Source: Rebecca billardiae RCC1528 (lineage: Eukaryota; Protista; Haptophyta). Taken from it: 64,000 nucleotides of DNA. Location: positions 1,302,001-1,366,000 of the forward strand of contig OZ251240.1 of NCBI GenBank assembly GCA_965240325.2, given 5' to 3'. A program made the position numbers and the translations under genes. Below the pieces are notes generated by a model that saw only the letters and a program-made list of their open reading frames with translations, was not told the DNA's origin and ran no database searches. Positions 22,475-34,700 of the stretch are shown piece by piece. Every line of letters begins with the position of its first letter. The stretch's first letter is position 1.

Positions 22475-23327
22475 TCAGCGGTAGTTGGTCGTCGAGAACG
22501 CGTGCCACATGCGGATGGCGTTGCAGTCGCGCGGCCCCTTGAACTCGGTGATGCCGGGCGACGATCTGATCGGGAAGCGCGTCTTCCCGTACATAGGGTC
22601 GACGGACTGCTTGTGGGTAAACACGTCATAGTGCTTGATCGACGCGGTCGAGTGCTCCATGATCTTAATGGCGTCTAGGCGCTGCTCCACCTGCGCGGCG
22701 TCGGCGCCGTGGCGATGCGGTGGCAGCAGCGACGGGACATGCGCGCGCGTGAGCGCGTCGCTCCAGCCGCCCCTCCACACCGCGCACGCACGACCAGCGC
22801 GCGCGCACCGTGCCAGCCTCGGCACACAGCTCGCCATAGGTGGTGGCGAAGCGCGCGCTCTCGGGCTCGCTGCCGAGGACGAGGTTGGAGTTGTAGCACA
22901 GGTCGAGCATGCGCCGCCTCTTCTCGAGCGGCGTCGGCTGATACTCCGCGATCGAGCGCGTCGGCCGCAGGATCTGCCGCAGGTCGGGCGTGGCCAACGG
23001 TTGGATGTTCGAACGCATCTGCGGCGTCGAGCCCGGCCCGTGCGTCTTGCCGTAGATGTCGTCCCAGAAGACTTTGGACATGCTCTCTCGCCGGTAGGTG
23101 TCGTTGAGGAAGAGCACCTGGTTCGTCGAGAAGGTGATGTTGTGGTTGGTGTTGAAGTGCTTGTTCGATTTGGGCGGCGGCTTGATCTGCGCGCCAGGCT
23201 GCTCAAACGAGAACGGCTGCGGCGCAAAGCCGGGCACCTCCTTGCGCTGCAAGAAGTCGCCGTCCGTGACGAGGCCGCCCTGCCGCGAGCTCACGTCGAA
23301 GTTGCCCGTGGACGACGACACCGGCAT
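22475..23327 (-). CDS. Uncharacterised protein (244 aa), possibly axonemal microtubule-inner-protein-like
   Basis: Exons 23327-22809 and 22690-22475 (GT-AG intron). Normal amino-acid composition and GC3 bias support coding. The FATTY-type motif is the only hint of function. Confidence 0.7.
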
Positions 23328-23850
23328 GCCGCCTGCGTGTGCGCCGTGCTCGACACTGCCCCGAGCCGATCGATGGCGGCCGAATGCGCGCTGCTGGCAG
23401 CCTTGGCACCTGACTTTTGTAACCACCCCTGGTAATGAACTATTGGCTCGTTGTCGTTACTTTCGCGAGGCGAGGCCAACGTTACAGGTGCCCCGCAAAC
23501 GTCCGCCGTCCGTCGTTGGCGATGGCGGAACTCCGAGTGAAAAGCAACCCGCACGCATCGGTACTGTGCGCTGTGCGGCACACTGCAACGCGGGTGCTGC
23601 TCGTATGATTCGAATGATGTGCTCTGCACCGTCCGCTGGCGCGGCTGCGGCGACGCGCCCGGTCCGGTACTTGCTCGTAGTTCGGAGCGATCGATCTGAA
23701 CCCGGCGCCCCGGGGCGGCGGGCCGCGGCCCGGGCGTAGCCTTGCCGTAGCGTCCGTGGTACGGTTGTCACATTCTTCTATGTTGTGGACTCTGCTGCGA
23801 CTGGAACCGCGTCGTCAGCTCGGGTGACGAGAGGCCGACGCGGCCCGCCT

Positions 23851-25230
23851 TCAATCGGTGCCATTCTGCCCGCCGCCGAAGGCGCGCTCCCAAAGCGCGT
23901 CCGCCGCGGCGCGGTCGCCGCCCGTCTCGTTGAGCAGCAGGAGCATCGGCAGCTTCCGCGCGCACGCGTTCTGCGCGCGCTGCGCCGGCGTGAGCCACTC
24001 GAGGCACTCGCGCCTGTAGGAGCGCTCGCAGCCGCCGCCTCTCGCCGCGCGCTCCGCGTCGGAGTACGGCGGCAGCACATGGAATCGGAAGATGTCACCG
24101 AAGCGCGCGCGGTTGGTGGGCGGCTTGGGGCAGTGCAGCGTCGCGGCCTCGCACCGCGCCATGAGCGGGATCGCGCGCGCGTCCGCCAGCAGCATGTCGT
24201 GGCACACGGTGCGGTCGTCGCACGTGCGGCCGCACTGCCGCTCGGTCGGTGGGACGAACCGATTCGTGCGCACGTCGAGCTGCGTGTACCGCAGGTACGA
24301 GCCGACGCGCAGCGCGGAGAGGCCCGCCTCGCGCCCGGCGACGTACAGGAAGTCCCCCTCTGCGAACCCGAAGCGCGCGGCGGGCGGCACGACGAAGCTC
24401 GCCGGCATCACGCAGTCCCACGCAAAGTCCGGTCGGATTCGCATCACGTACGAATAGCGAACGCCGCCGCGCAGCCCGGACTCGGCGGCCTGGATCTGCT
24501 GGGCGCAGTGGTGCCAGCGCCAGGCGAGCATGAGCCGCACGCCCGTGGGTGCGCGCACGGCGCACACCGCGCTGGGCGTCTTGCCTGGCTCGGCGAGCAG
24601 CGCGTCCGCCGCCAACGGCCGGGGCGCGCCGGGCGGCGCGCGCGGCGCGGGCGGCCCCTCCGCGCCCAACGCCTCGTCGGAGCGCACGTCGAGGTGGACG
24701 AGGCCGCGCGGCTGCCAGTGCGCGTGCAGCGCGCGCAGGTCCGCCGCGCTCGCCCACGGCTGCATGCGCAGGCAGCCGTTGGGCAGGTTCAGCGGGCGCT
24801 TCACGAGCGGCCACGAGGCGTTCCACTCGGCGCACGGCCCGTTCGTGTCCGGCGACACGTGCAGAAACAGGTCCGGCCGCGCGGGCTGCACGAGGTGCTG
24901 CTCCCAGTTGCGCCAGAGCAGCGGCGCGTTGAACGTGCGCAGCTGGCCCGCCACGCAGACGGCGAGCGGGCGCGTGCCGTTGCGCAGGAGCCACGCGACG
25001 TACGTCGACTGATCCACGGCGTACGACGCTCGCGGCCGCGGGCTGGTCTCGTTGCCGTCGTCGATGGCGAGCTCGCGCGCGCGCCAGGCGGGCGGCGCCG
25101 CGCTGAGGTCGTCACTGCCGGTGCCGGTGGCACGGTCTGGGGCGGTGCTCGCGCGCGCCGGGCTGCGAGCTACCGCGACACCATGCAAGAGCGCCACCGC
25201 CACGAGCGCCTTGCCGCCATCGCGGATCAT
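23851..25230 (-). CDS. Secretory glycosyltransferase-like protein ('AVCxxGQLR...RxRPD' family), intronless
   Basis: Hydrophobic N-terminus; LAVCVAGQLRTF, PDLFLHVS, WHHCAQQIQAAE, YSYVMRIRPDFAW, DFLYV. Alternative start at 25269. Confidence 0.7.
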   Translation of the reverse strand: MIRDGGKALVAVALLHGVAVARSPARASTAPDRATGTGSDDLSAAPPAWRARELAIDDGNETSPRPRASYAVDQSTYVAWLLRNGTRPLAVCVAGQLRTFNAPLLWRNWEQHLVQPARPDLFLHVSPDTNGPCAEWNASWPLVKRPLNLPNGCLRMQPWASAADLRALHAHWQPRGLVHLDVRSDEALGAEGPPAPRAPPGAPRPLAADALLAEPGKTPSAVCAVRAPTGVRLMLAWRWHHCAQQIQAAESGLRGGVRYSYVMRIRPDFAWDCVMPASFVVPPAARFGFAEGDFLYVAGREAGLSALRVGSYLRYTQLDVRTNRFVPPTERQCGRTCDDRTVCHDMLLADARAIPLMARCEAATLHCPKPPTNRARFGDIFRFHVLPPYSDAERAARGGGCERSYRRECLEWLTPAQRAQNACARKLPMLLLLNETGGDRAAADALWERAFGGGQNGTD

Positions 25231-25728
25231 GCTGTGCACCACCCTTGGAGGGCGGTGATGCAGTGGCACTGACGTGAGCAGGGGTAGCTCTGCACCCGGG
25301 CACAGTGCTCTCTTTTATTCGACTACAAGTACGGGGTACACACTAACACAGATGCTCCGTACAGTACAGTACAGACTACAGTCTGTACAGAGCAATGGAG
25401 GACGTACGTGTCCACCGCGCGGAATACTATGGACGGACCTGGACGGTGTTCCGGCGTCGGACGAGCCGCCGGGCGCGGTCAGGAACGACGCTCGCGAGCG
25501 TCAACCCCGCAAGCATCATCGGTATACTGCAGGTGCGCCGTGTGGCACAATCGGCCACGATGCGCGATTCTGCCGGCGCAGGTCAAGACAACACCGTGAA
25601 CAGGTGGGCTCAGGCCGGTCAGGCTGCCTGCGCGCTGTGCGCCGCGGCCCGGGGCCGCCCCTCGACGGACTTGCGTGCGCTCGTCACCATGCCGGCCGCC
25701 GCACGCTCCACAGCGCACGGCCGCGCGC

Positions 25729-27938
25729 TCAGTTGAGCATGTGCTCGAGGTCGACGCTCGTCCGGCGCACGATCGTCCCCGGCCGCATCGAGCGCTTCAG
25801 CTCGGCGAGCGCCGCGTCCACGGCCGCCTCGTCCTCACCCTCCAGGGTGAGCACCGTCTTGAAGTCCTCCGTCTCGTACGACGGGTACGAGCCGAAGGAG
25901 ATGGACGGGAACTTGGAGACCGCCTTGTTGAGCTGCGGCACGATCGCCTCCTCCTCCTCGGACAGCACCTGCGCGCCGGCGCGCGCCGACGTGCCCGAGC
26001 GCGCGCCAGTGGCGGAGCGCGCGCGGTGAGGCGAAGCGCATGCGCCCGGGGCATGCTGCGCGCGCGCGAACGTGTGCGCGCGCGCGAGGGCGAGGGCGAG
26101 GGCGCGGCGGGGACCGGCGTGCGCACCAGCGTGCGCGTGTACACGGCGCGGTCCGTCGCGACGAAGTGCGCCAGGATCTGGTCGAGCTTCGCGCGGAAGA
26201 ACGAAGGCACCCCGGGGAGAACGAACACGTTCTCGGCCTGAAGGATCGGCCAGCGCGACGGCTCGGCGCTGTCGCCCGGACTGGTGGGCACCTTGCGCAG
26301 CCGCACGCCGGTGGGCAGCATGGTCATCTTGGCCTGCTCGGGCGTGAGCTCGTCGACGCCCGTCGCGTCCCGGATGATCGCCGCCATCACCGCCGAGTGC
26401 TCGATCGGCTGGTTGAGCGCGAGCGCGAGCGCGCGCAGCGTGACGTCATCGTGAGTTGGGCCCACGCCCCCCGAGGTGATCACGAGATCGCACGCGGTCG
26501 CCTGCGCGCGGATCTCGCGCTGGATGTCGTCGAGGTCGTCGGGGAGGACCGAGACGCGGCGCACGTCGATCCCTCTCCTGCGCAGCTCGCCGATCGCGTA
26601 CGCCGTGTTCGTGTCCGTTACCTTCCCCTTCAGCAGCTCGTCTCCGATCACGACGAGGCCGGCGGTGCGCGCGTGCGTCGTGCGGCGCGAGGGAGACGGC
26701 GGGCCGCGCGAGGAGCGCGAGCGTGGGACTTGGGGCGGCGGCGGCGCGACGGGCGGCGGCGGCGAGGGCGCGGCGGCGCTCGGCTTCTCGCTCGGCGCCC
26801 CCGCCGCCGCCCCCGCCTTCGGCTTCGGCTTGCGCTCGACGCGCCCCGCCCGCTCCAAGCTGTAGTCCGACAACTCATAGGCCGGGCGGTAGCCTCCCGC
26901 GCCATCGCTCAGCGCCGGGTTGGGCTTCGTGTCGTCGAGCGTGCCGAGCGAGGTGTAGCCCGCGTCGTAGAGCGAGCAGTAGGGCAGGTCGAACGCGCGC
27001 AGGAAGCTCCACACCAGCCCGTAGTCCCACGTCAGGATCGGGTTTACACGCCTGCGCGCGCGCGCGGTGGCCGCGCGGTGGCCGCCGCGCGTGGCGCCGA
27101 GCCGTGGTGTCACGCGCGGCTTCAGTCGTGGCGCGAGCGCGCGCGCGGCAGCGCGGGGCGGCGCGTGCGCGCACATGAACGGAGGCATCCAGTCGCTCGA
27201 CGGCACGAACGGCGTCTGCCCCTTGCAGTTCGGGTCGCCCACGCGCGTGCCGAGGACGAACGCAAACGAGGGAGGGTCGGCCAGCACGTCCGTGCCGCGC
27301 GCGGCGTGGCTCCGGCGCATGCGCTCGATGTGCTCGCCGAGGCCCTCGATGATGCCCTTCTCGTACCTGAACATGTGCGCGTCCACCTCCGCCACCGTCT
27401 TGTGCACGAACGCCTCCACCTCGGGGAACTCGCGAGCGTCGTGAAAATAAATCAGCTGCGGCTTTGCCGGCGCCGGCGCCGGCTGCGCGCCGCCGGCGGC
27501 GGCGGCGGCCGCCGTGGCTGTGGCGTCGCAGTGGGCGGCGACCGCGGCTCGGAGGAGGTGCATGATCACCACCGCGTCCTTCCCGCCGTTGTACGAGCCG
27601 TACACGCCGTACGGGCCGTAGAGCCGCAGAGCGTCTCGGAGGACGCCCAGCGCCTCGCGCACCGCGCCGCCGAGACGCGCGTCGGTGCACGCCTCGAGGC
27701 GCTGGTGGAGCGCGAGAGCCTCGCGGAAGGCCGAATCGCGCTGCGGCTCGCGCTCCGGCTGCACCGGCAGCCCGTCTGACAGCGCGCGCACCAGCCCGTA
27801 CCGCACGCGCATCGGCAGCCGGCGGCACACCGCGGTCGCCGTCACGCCGTTCGGCACGAGCCGCGAGCCCGCCGAGCCGACGAGCTGCAGGATGAGCATC
27901 GACGAGCGGAGGAGGATGCTTGCGAGGCGCATGAGCAT
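25729..27938 (-). CDS. FLAD1: FAD synthase (PAPS-reductase-like domain + MoCF/CinA-like domain), 642 aa
   Basis: Exons 27938-27175, 27051-26127 and 25968-25729. SYNGGKDA, GTRVGDP, FMRVNPILTWDY, YCSLYDAGYTSLG, ERAGR; then VIGDELLKGKVTDTN, TSGGVGPTHDDVT, LPGVP, FGSYP. Confidence 0.93.
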
Positions 27939-28140
27939 CTGGTGGCCCTCACCGGGGCACAAACCTCCTCCGCTGCAACGTCCAGCAGCGACAGGTGATG
28001 AAGTGAGCAGGCCGCGCGCGATCCTGACCAGCGATCGGCCCTTCGCGTGCCGGAGCGGAACTTGCCGCAACTCGCTGATCCGGAAGAGCGCGAGAACTCG
28101 AGAAGCGGGCACGGCGCGGTCATCGGCATCACAATTGCCA
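27939..28140. promoter_or_regulatory. Probable bidirectional promoter between FAD synthase and BASS
   Basis: Only ~200 bp between two divergent start codons. Confidence 0.45.
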
Positions 28141-29796
28141 ATGGCCTGCCGTGCGCGCGCGCGAATCGGCGCGCTGGCGGCGCTCGCGCTGGCGCTCGTG
28201 GTCGTGGCCGACGCGAGCGCGTGCACGCGGCCTACCCAGCTGCGCGCCACGCGCCCGCGCGCGCTGCTGCACCGGCCATGCCCGGCGCTCGTGCCGCCGC
28301 GCGCGCGCGCTTGGCGCGTGGCAAAGAGGCGAGCCGCGCGCGTCGTCGCGGTGGAATACCAGGTGGCCGACGCGCTCGACGCCGAGAGCAGAGCGTCGCA
28401 GGCCGAATCAGGCCGCCCGGCTGCGAGCGGGCGGACCCTATCGCACATGCTCAGCGTCGTGGCCGCGGTCATTACCGCGTATGTACCGGCTTGGATTTTA
28501 CTCGCGTCAGTAGCCGGCCTCAAGGCGCCCGGCCTGTTCGGCTGGTTCACGGCGGCGTGGTACACGCCCGCGCTCGGTGTGATGATGCTCTGCACCGCGC
28601 TCACGCTCGAGCTCGACGACTTTGCGCGCGTCTTCGCCAGCGGCAAGAAGGCCGTCGGTGCGGCGCCGCGCGCGCGTGCCCGGGCGCCGCGTGCACGCGT
28701 GCGCCGCGCGCGCGGGAGCTGAGCGTGCGCGCGCGCCCTCGTGCCCCGCCCGCCCCGCGGCCCTGCAGCGTGCGGCGTGCTCTCGCACGTGCTGCTCAAG
28801 CCGCCGCTCGCGCTCGGCCTCGGCCGCGCGCTCGCGCTGCCCGCCGCCGCTGTGAGCGGGCTCGTGTTGCTGAGCGCGGCGCCGGGCGCGCAGGCAGCGT
28901 CGGTGGCGGTGCTGCTCGCGCGCGGGAACGTGGCGGTGTCCGTGACGATCGTGACCGCGCTCAACCTTCTCGCCTTCCTGCTCACGCCCGCCCTCTTCAG
29001 GCTCACCACCGGCGGCACCGTCGTCGTCGACGCGCTCGGCATCTCGCGCACGACCGGCGAGGTCGTGCTTCTCCCCGTGGTCCTCGGGCTGCTGCTCAAC
29101 CGGACTTTCCCCGGACTGCGCGCGCGGCTCTCGCGCGCCGCGCCCGCGCTCGCCTCGGTCATCGCCACCGTCTTCGCCGGCTCGGGCGTCGCGATGATCG
29201 CGCCGTTACTCTCGACCGTTACGCCGAGATTGTATCTGAGCGTGCTCGGGTTTCACGTGCTCGGCTCGGCCGCGGGCTACGGCTTCGGCCGGCTGTGCAG
29301 TCTGGGCCCGCGAGATCTGCGCGTGCTCGCCATCCAGGGTGCGCGCGCACGCGGGCATGCCCACGCGCGACCTTCGCGCACGCGCGGCCTGCGCGCGCCG
29401 CGCCGCGCTCTGTCCTCGCCCGTAAAAGCCCGCGCGCACGCGCGCGCGCACCTCACGCGCGCGCGCCCGCTCTCGTCTCTCACGCGATCACGCGCGCCGG
29501 CCGGCCGGCTGTCAGGCGGCATGCAGAGCTCGTCGCTGGCGTTCCTGCTCGCGACGCGCCACCTCGCGGACGGCGGCTCGCTCGGCGCGGTGCCCTCCGC
29601 GCTCTCCGTCGGCGTGATGCTGCTCTGGGGCATGACCCTCGCCAACGTGATGCGCCGGACCACCGACCCGCGCCCAATGGACGCCGAGGCGCTGGCCTTG
29701 GAGTGGGACTGGGAGGCCCTCGCGCTCGGGATCAACCCGTCGATGAGCCCGCAGGGACCGCCGGACTACGCCGCGGCGGGGATGGCGGCCACGTGA
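28141..29796 (+). CDS. Bile acid:sodium symporter (BASS/SBF) family transporter, probably plastid-targeted, 455 aa
   Basis: Exons 28141-28657, 28769-29338 and 29516-29796. ALGVMMLCTALTL, GLVLLSAAPGAQAASV, ARGNVAVSV, VLLPVVLG, GMQSSSLA, AVPSA. Signal peptide ending ADASA followed by an Arg-rich transit-like stretch. Confidence 0.88.
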
Positions 29797-29872
29797 GTGA
29801 GCAGCCGCCGCCGGAGAGCGGCGTGCCGCGCTCGCCATCCGCCGTAGACGCGCGTCAAGTAGTATGTACGAC

Positions 29873-29874
<2 letters not shown>

Positions 29875-29954
<80 letters not shown>
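29875..29954. repeat. (AT)40 microsatellite
   Basis: 80 bp of pure AT repeat in the convergent 3' intergenic region. Confidence 0.98.
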
Positions 29955-29959
<5 letters not shown>

Positions 29960-30286
29960 TTTAATATAAATAACGCGCGCGATATGCTGATGATGACGAC
30001 GCGATTGATGAACCAGCTAGCTATATAAGACGACGGACGAGCGCCCCGGTCGTACACGACTACCGCCCGTACTCCGTACTCCGTACTCCGGGCAGCTTGC
30101 TTGGGGTGCGCTCCGAGCGGCGGCCTGTAGCGGGGCTGCCAGCGGCTCCAGCTCCGCCGGTCGATTCAGTTACAACGGTACATGACTACGCGTAACGCGA
30201 GTACCGGCGGAGTACGCACGCGTGCCACGTCTACGAGGCGTCGCGAGTACTACTCATCGGCAATAACTCATCATCTATATACGCGA

Positions 30287-31335
30287 CTACTCAGGACGAT
30301 GATGCTGATGGGCGGTGGTCGTGGATGAGGTCGACTGCTGATGACGAGTTCGGAGAGCGGTGACGACGCGGACGGTGACGACGGCACTCGCGTTGCCCTC
30401 ATCAGGCGGCGGCTGATCCGCCGCAGGCGCCGCCGTGGCGGTGGCGACGGCTGCGGCCGCTGCGGTGGCAGGCGAGGCTGCCGCCGAGGCGTTGGGAGCG
30501 GCGATGTCGGCGGCGGCCGCCGCCCCCGAGGCGCTGGGAGCGGCGATGTCGGCGGCGGCCGCCGCCCCCGAGGCACTGGGAGCGGCGATGTCGGCGGCGG
30601 CCGCCGCCCCCGAGGCGTTGGGAGCGGCGATGTCGGCGGCGGCCGCCGCCCCCGAGGCGCTGGGAGCGGCGATGTCGGCGGCGGCCGCCGCCCCCGAGGC
30701 ACTGGGAGCGGCGATGTCGGCGGCGGCCGCCGCCCCCGAGGCGTTGGGAGCGGCGATGTCGGCGGCGGCCGCCGCCCCCGAGGCGCTGGGAGCGGCGATG
30801 TCGGCGGCGGCCGCCGCCCCCGAGGCGCTGGGAGCGGCGATGTCGGCGGCGGCCGCCGCCCCCGAGGCGTTGGGAGCGGCGATGTCGGCGGCGGCCGCCG
30901 CCCCCGAGGCGCTGGGAGCGGCGATGTCGGCGGCGGCCGCCGCCTCCGAGGCGCTGGGAGCGGCGATGTCGGCGGCGGCCGCCGCCGCCGAGGCGCTGGG
31001 AGCGGCGATGACGGCGGCAGGTGAGTGCGCCGCCGTGGCGTCCGGGGCCGTGATGGCGACAGCGCTCGCGCCGTTACCATCCGCCCTCGTCGTCGCCGAG
31101 CCGTTGGGCGCGGCTGCCATGCCTGCGCCGCCGCGCGCCGCGGCCGGCGCGCTCGGTTGCGGCACGGCGGCAGCCGGGGCCGCGGCTGCTGCTGCGGCGG
31201 CTGCGGCGGTTGCGGTGGCTGCGGCTGCGCGCTCTCGGCTGCGCGCGTTGGCTGCGTCCGCTGCGGCGGCCGCGGCTGCTGCGGCGGCTGCTGCGGCGTT
31301 TTTCGCCTCGGCCGCCGCCGCCGCCGCCTTCTGCT

Positions 31336-31366
<31 letters not shown>

Positions 31367-31716
31367 AGCGCGCGCCTTGAGCCCGTCGCTCGCCGCGGCC
31401 GCGACCGCCTCCACCGCCGCCTCCTCCACGGCGACGAGGCCGTCGAGCGCGGCGCGCGCGGCGGCGCCGAGGCCGGCGGCATCAAGGCGAGCGAGCACGC
31501 GCTCCGCGCGCGTGTGCGCGTCCGCGGCGCGCGCGGCGGCGCGCGACACTGCCGCCTCCGCCGCGTCCGCAGCGCGCGCCGACACGCCCGCGGCGCGCAG
31601 CGCGCGGCCGACGGCGGCGCGCATCGCCGCGCCGCCGCCGCGCTGCGCGCACCGTGCCGCGCTCACGACCACGTCGAAGCTTTGCAGCGCGCGCGCCGCG
31701 TCCGCGGCGGTGGCCA

Positions 31717-31754
<38 letters not shown>

Positions 31755-34700
31755 GCTGTGGCTGTGGCTGCGGCTGCGGCTGTGGCGGCTGCGAACTCGG
31801 CGGCGGCTGCGCTCGCGTTTGGGAGAAGGCCGCGTCCGGCGGCGTCGGCGGGCAGCCAGCCGCCCGCCGCGGCGCACGCGAGCGCGGCCGCGCGCCGCGG
31901 CGCGAGCGCGCACGTCACAGGAGCCCAGCGCTCTGCCGCGGCCGCGCGCGCGGCGAGGGCTGTGAGTGCGCCGCGCGCCGTCGCTGCCGCGAGCGGCGCT
32001 AGCAGCAAGTCGCGCGCGGACGGGACAAGAACGATGCGCGCGCGCGCGCGCGACACCGCCGCCGCGGCCCGTGCCGAGGCCCACCACAGCGCGAGCGCCG
32101 GCGCGGGCGGCGCGGTCGAGCGATTGACTGCGCCGCTGCCGCCGCCGCCGCCGCCGCGGAGCGAGGCCGCCCAGCGCGCGCGCGCCGCGCGCGTCGGCCG
32201 CTCCAGAGGCGAAAAGGCGGCGGCGGCGGGCGCGCCGTCGGGCGTGGGCGGCGGCGGCAGCGTCAGGAGAACCACTTCGACGGCCGGCGCGCCGCCGCCC
32301 TCTTCGGCGGCGAGCAGCGCGGCGGCGGCGGCACCGGTGCGGTTGGCGGCGGCAGGTATGGGCACGGCGCGGCGCGCGCTCGGCGAGCCGCCGCGCCGCG
32401 CCGCGGCACACGACACGCCGGCGGCGGCGGCGGCGCCGCGCGCGCGGCGCGCGCTCGCGCCCGCGTCGGCGCCGCCACACGCCGCCTCGGCGCAGTCCAA
32501 CGCCGCGCTCGCAAAGCGCAGCGTGTCCGCGTCGAGCGGCCGGCGCTTCGCGCCCCACGCGCGGAGCGCTTCGGCCGCGCGCGCGATGAGCGGCGGCGCG
32601 CCGTCCGCGTCCGCGTCGGCGTCCGCGCCGCCGCCGCGCCCGTGCGCGCGCAGCGCGGCGCGCACGTGCGCCGAGCGCGCGAGCAGCAGCCGATCCGGCG
32701 CGCAGCACGCCGCCTGCGCGCCGCTCGCAACGTCCTCCGCCGCCATCGTGTAGAACACCGCGCGCTCCCGAGCGGGCGGCAGCGGGTGGGCGGCGCCGAA
32801 CTTGGCGCCGCCGCCGCGCGGCGCCGCGCCCGCGCCCGGCGCGACGAGGAGCACTGCTTCGGCGCGCACGGCGGCGCGGAGGGCGCACGTGAGTGCGTCG
32901 GCGGCGTCCGCCGCGCCGCGCAGCTGCAGCACACGCGCGTCGGTGGCGACGTCCGCGGGCGCGGGCGCGCGCAGCAGCAGCTGGCTCACGCCGTTCGCGC
33001 GCAGCCACGCGCGCGCAAGCGGCGCGGCGCAGGCGGCGTCGCCGGCGGTGGCGCCGCCGCCGGCGCAGCCGCTTAGGACGACGGCAAGGCCGCGGACGCC
33101 GCCGGCGGCGGCGGCGCCCGCGCGCGCGCGGAGGCACTCTCCCGACGCGGGCGCGGCCGCATCCGGCGGCGGCACCGGCGCCGCCACCGGCGGGCACGCG
33201 GCCAGCTCGGTCGGAATCGGCTCGGCCGCCCACGCCGCCGAAGCGGCGCCCCAGCGCGCCGCGCGCGCCCCGTCCGCATCCGGCCAGTAGCCTCCTTCAG
33301 CATGGCCGCCGCCGGCGGTGGCGGCGCGGCGCGGCTCGGGCGGCAGCAGAAACGGCGGCCGCTGCGCGTCGCGCGGCGGCGGCTGTGGCCGTCGATGCTC
33401 GCCGCCGCCCGGCCGCGACAGCCGCCGCCGCCGCTCGCCGCCGCCCGAGCGCACTCGCACCCGCAACGACGATGACGATGACGACGGCGGCGGCGGCTCA
33501 CGCCACAGCCGCGCCACGCCGCTCGCGCGCACGACCGCCGCGCCGCCGGCCGCGAGCGTGGCGGCGGCGAGCGACATCGCGCCGGCGCCGTCGGCGGGCA
33601 CGCGCGCGCACTGCGCGCGGAGCGCGGCGCGCGGCGCGGCGCCGAGCGCGCGCGGCGCGAACGCGAGCGCGTCATAGTGCCCGCGCGCGCCGCACGGCGG
33701 CGGGCGCACGTGAGGTGCCGCCGCCAGCGCCGCCACCAGCGGCCGCGCGCCGCCAACGCCGCCGCGCGCGATCGCGGCGGCGACGCAGCGCACTGATGCC
33801 GCGTCGAGCCGAATGTCGGGCGCGGCGGCGGCGACGACGACGGATGCGCCGGACCCGCCGCCGCCGCCGCCGCCGCCGGGGGCGGTGAGGTTGGTCAGCA
33901 GCATCTCGGCGAGCGTCGGCGCGCTCGCGCCGCCCGCCGCGCCCGCCACCGAAACGCGCAGCTTGCGCGCGCCGCGGCCGGCGCCCACCGCGGCGGCCGC
34001 GAGCTCGCGCCACCGCGCCGGCGTCAGACCGCCGCCGCCGCCGCCGGATTCGCTCGGGACAAAGACGCGGAGTGTGGCGACAAGGGCCAGCTCGGCGTTG
34101 GCCGCGAGCGCGGCACGCGCGTCCCACAGCGACCGCGCCGAGGCCGCCGCGACGCGCAGCTCCACGCGATGGCGGCCGCCGCTGCTGCCGCCGCCGCTGC
34201 CGGCCGCCGCGCCGCCGGAGGCGGGCTCGGAGGCGCGGCCCGCGGGGCCGCCGCCGCCGCCGCCGCCGCCGGGCGCGGGCGGTTCGCAGGCCATGCCGGC
34301 GGCACGCAGCATGCGCAGGTCGGCGGCGAGCGCGCCGTGCGCCTCGCCGCCCGGCGCGGCGGCGCCGAGCGCGCGCGCGGACCACAGGAGTGGCGCGAGC
34401 GGCGGCGGCGGCGGCGGCGTCGCGAAGGGCGGCGGCGGCGGCGCGCGCGCTCGGCGCGCGGCGCGCTGCAAAAACGCCCCGGCGTCGGCGCGCAGCGTGG
34501 GCAGCGGCAGCAGCGCGTCGTAGCGAAGGGCGCCGAGCGCGCACGCGTCCGTCTGCGCCGCCGCGCGCGGCGGCAGCGCCCACCCCGCGCGCGCGCGCGC
34601 GCCGAGCGCGCCCAGAAAGTGCTCGAACGAGAACGGGCCAAATTGCATGCCGTACCTGCGTGCGTAGAGCCGCGCGCGGCCGGCGGCGGTGCGCGGCGGC

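Noticed and set aside
25729-27938. FAD synthase domain order (PAPS-reductase domain first, MoCF domain second) as a novelty
   Set aside because: This order is already known from plant-type enzymes.
25797-29168. 1123-aa minus-strand ORF
   Set aside because: It joins antisense BASS sequence to FAD synthase exons and unspliced introns.
30486-31010. CRISPR-like array
   Set aside because: Contiguous in-frame tandem units without unique spacers; eukaryotic context; no cas genes.
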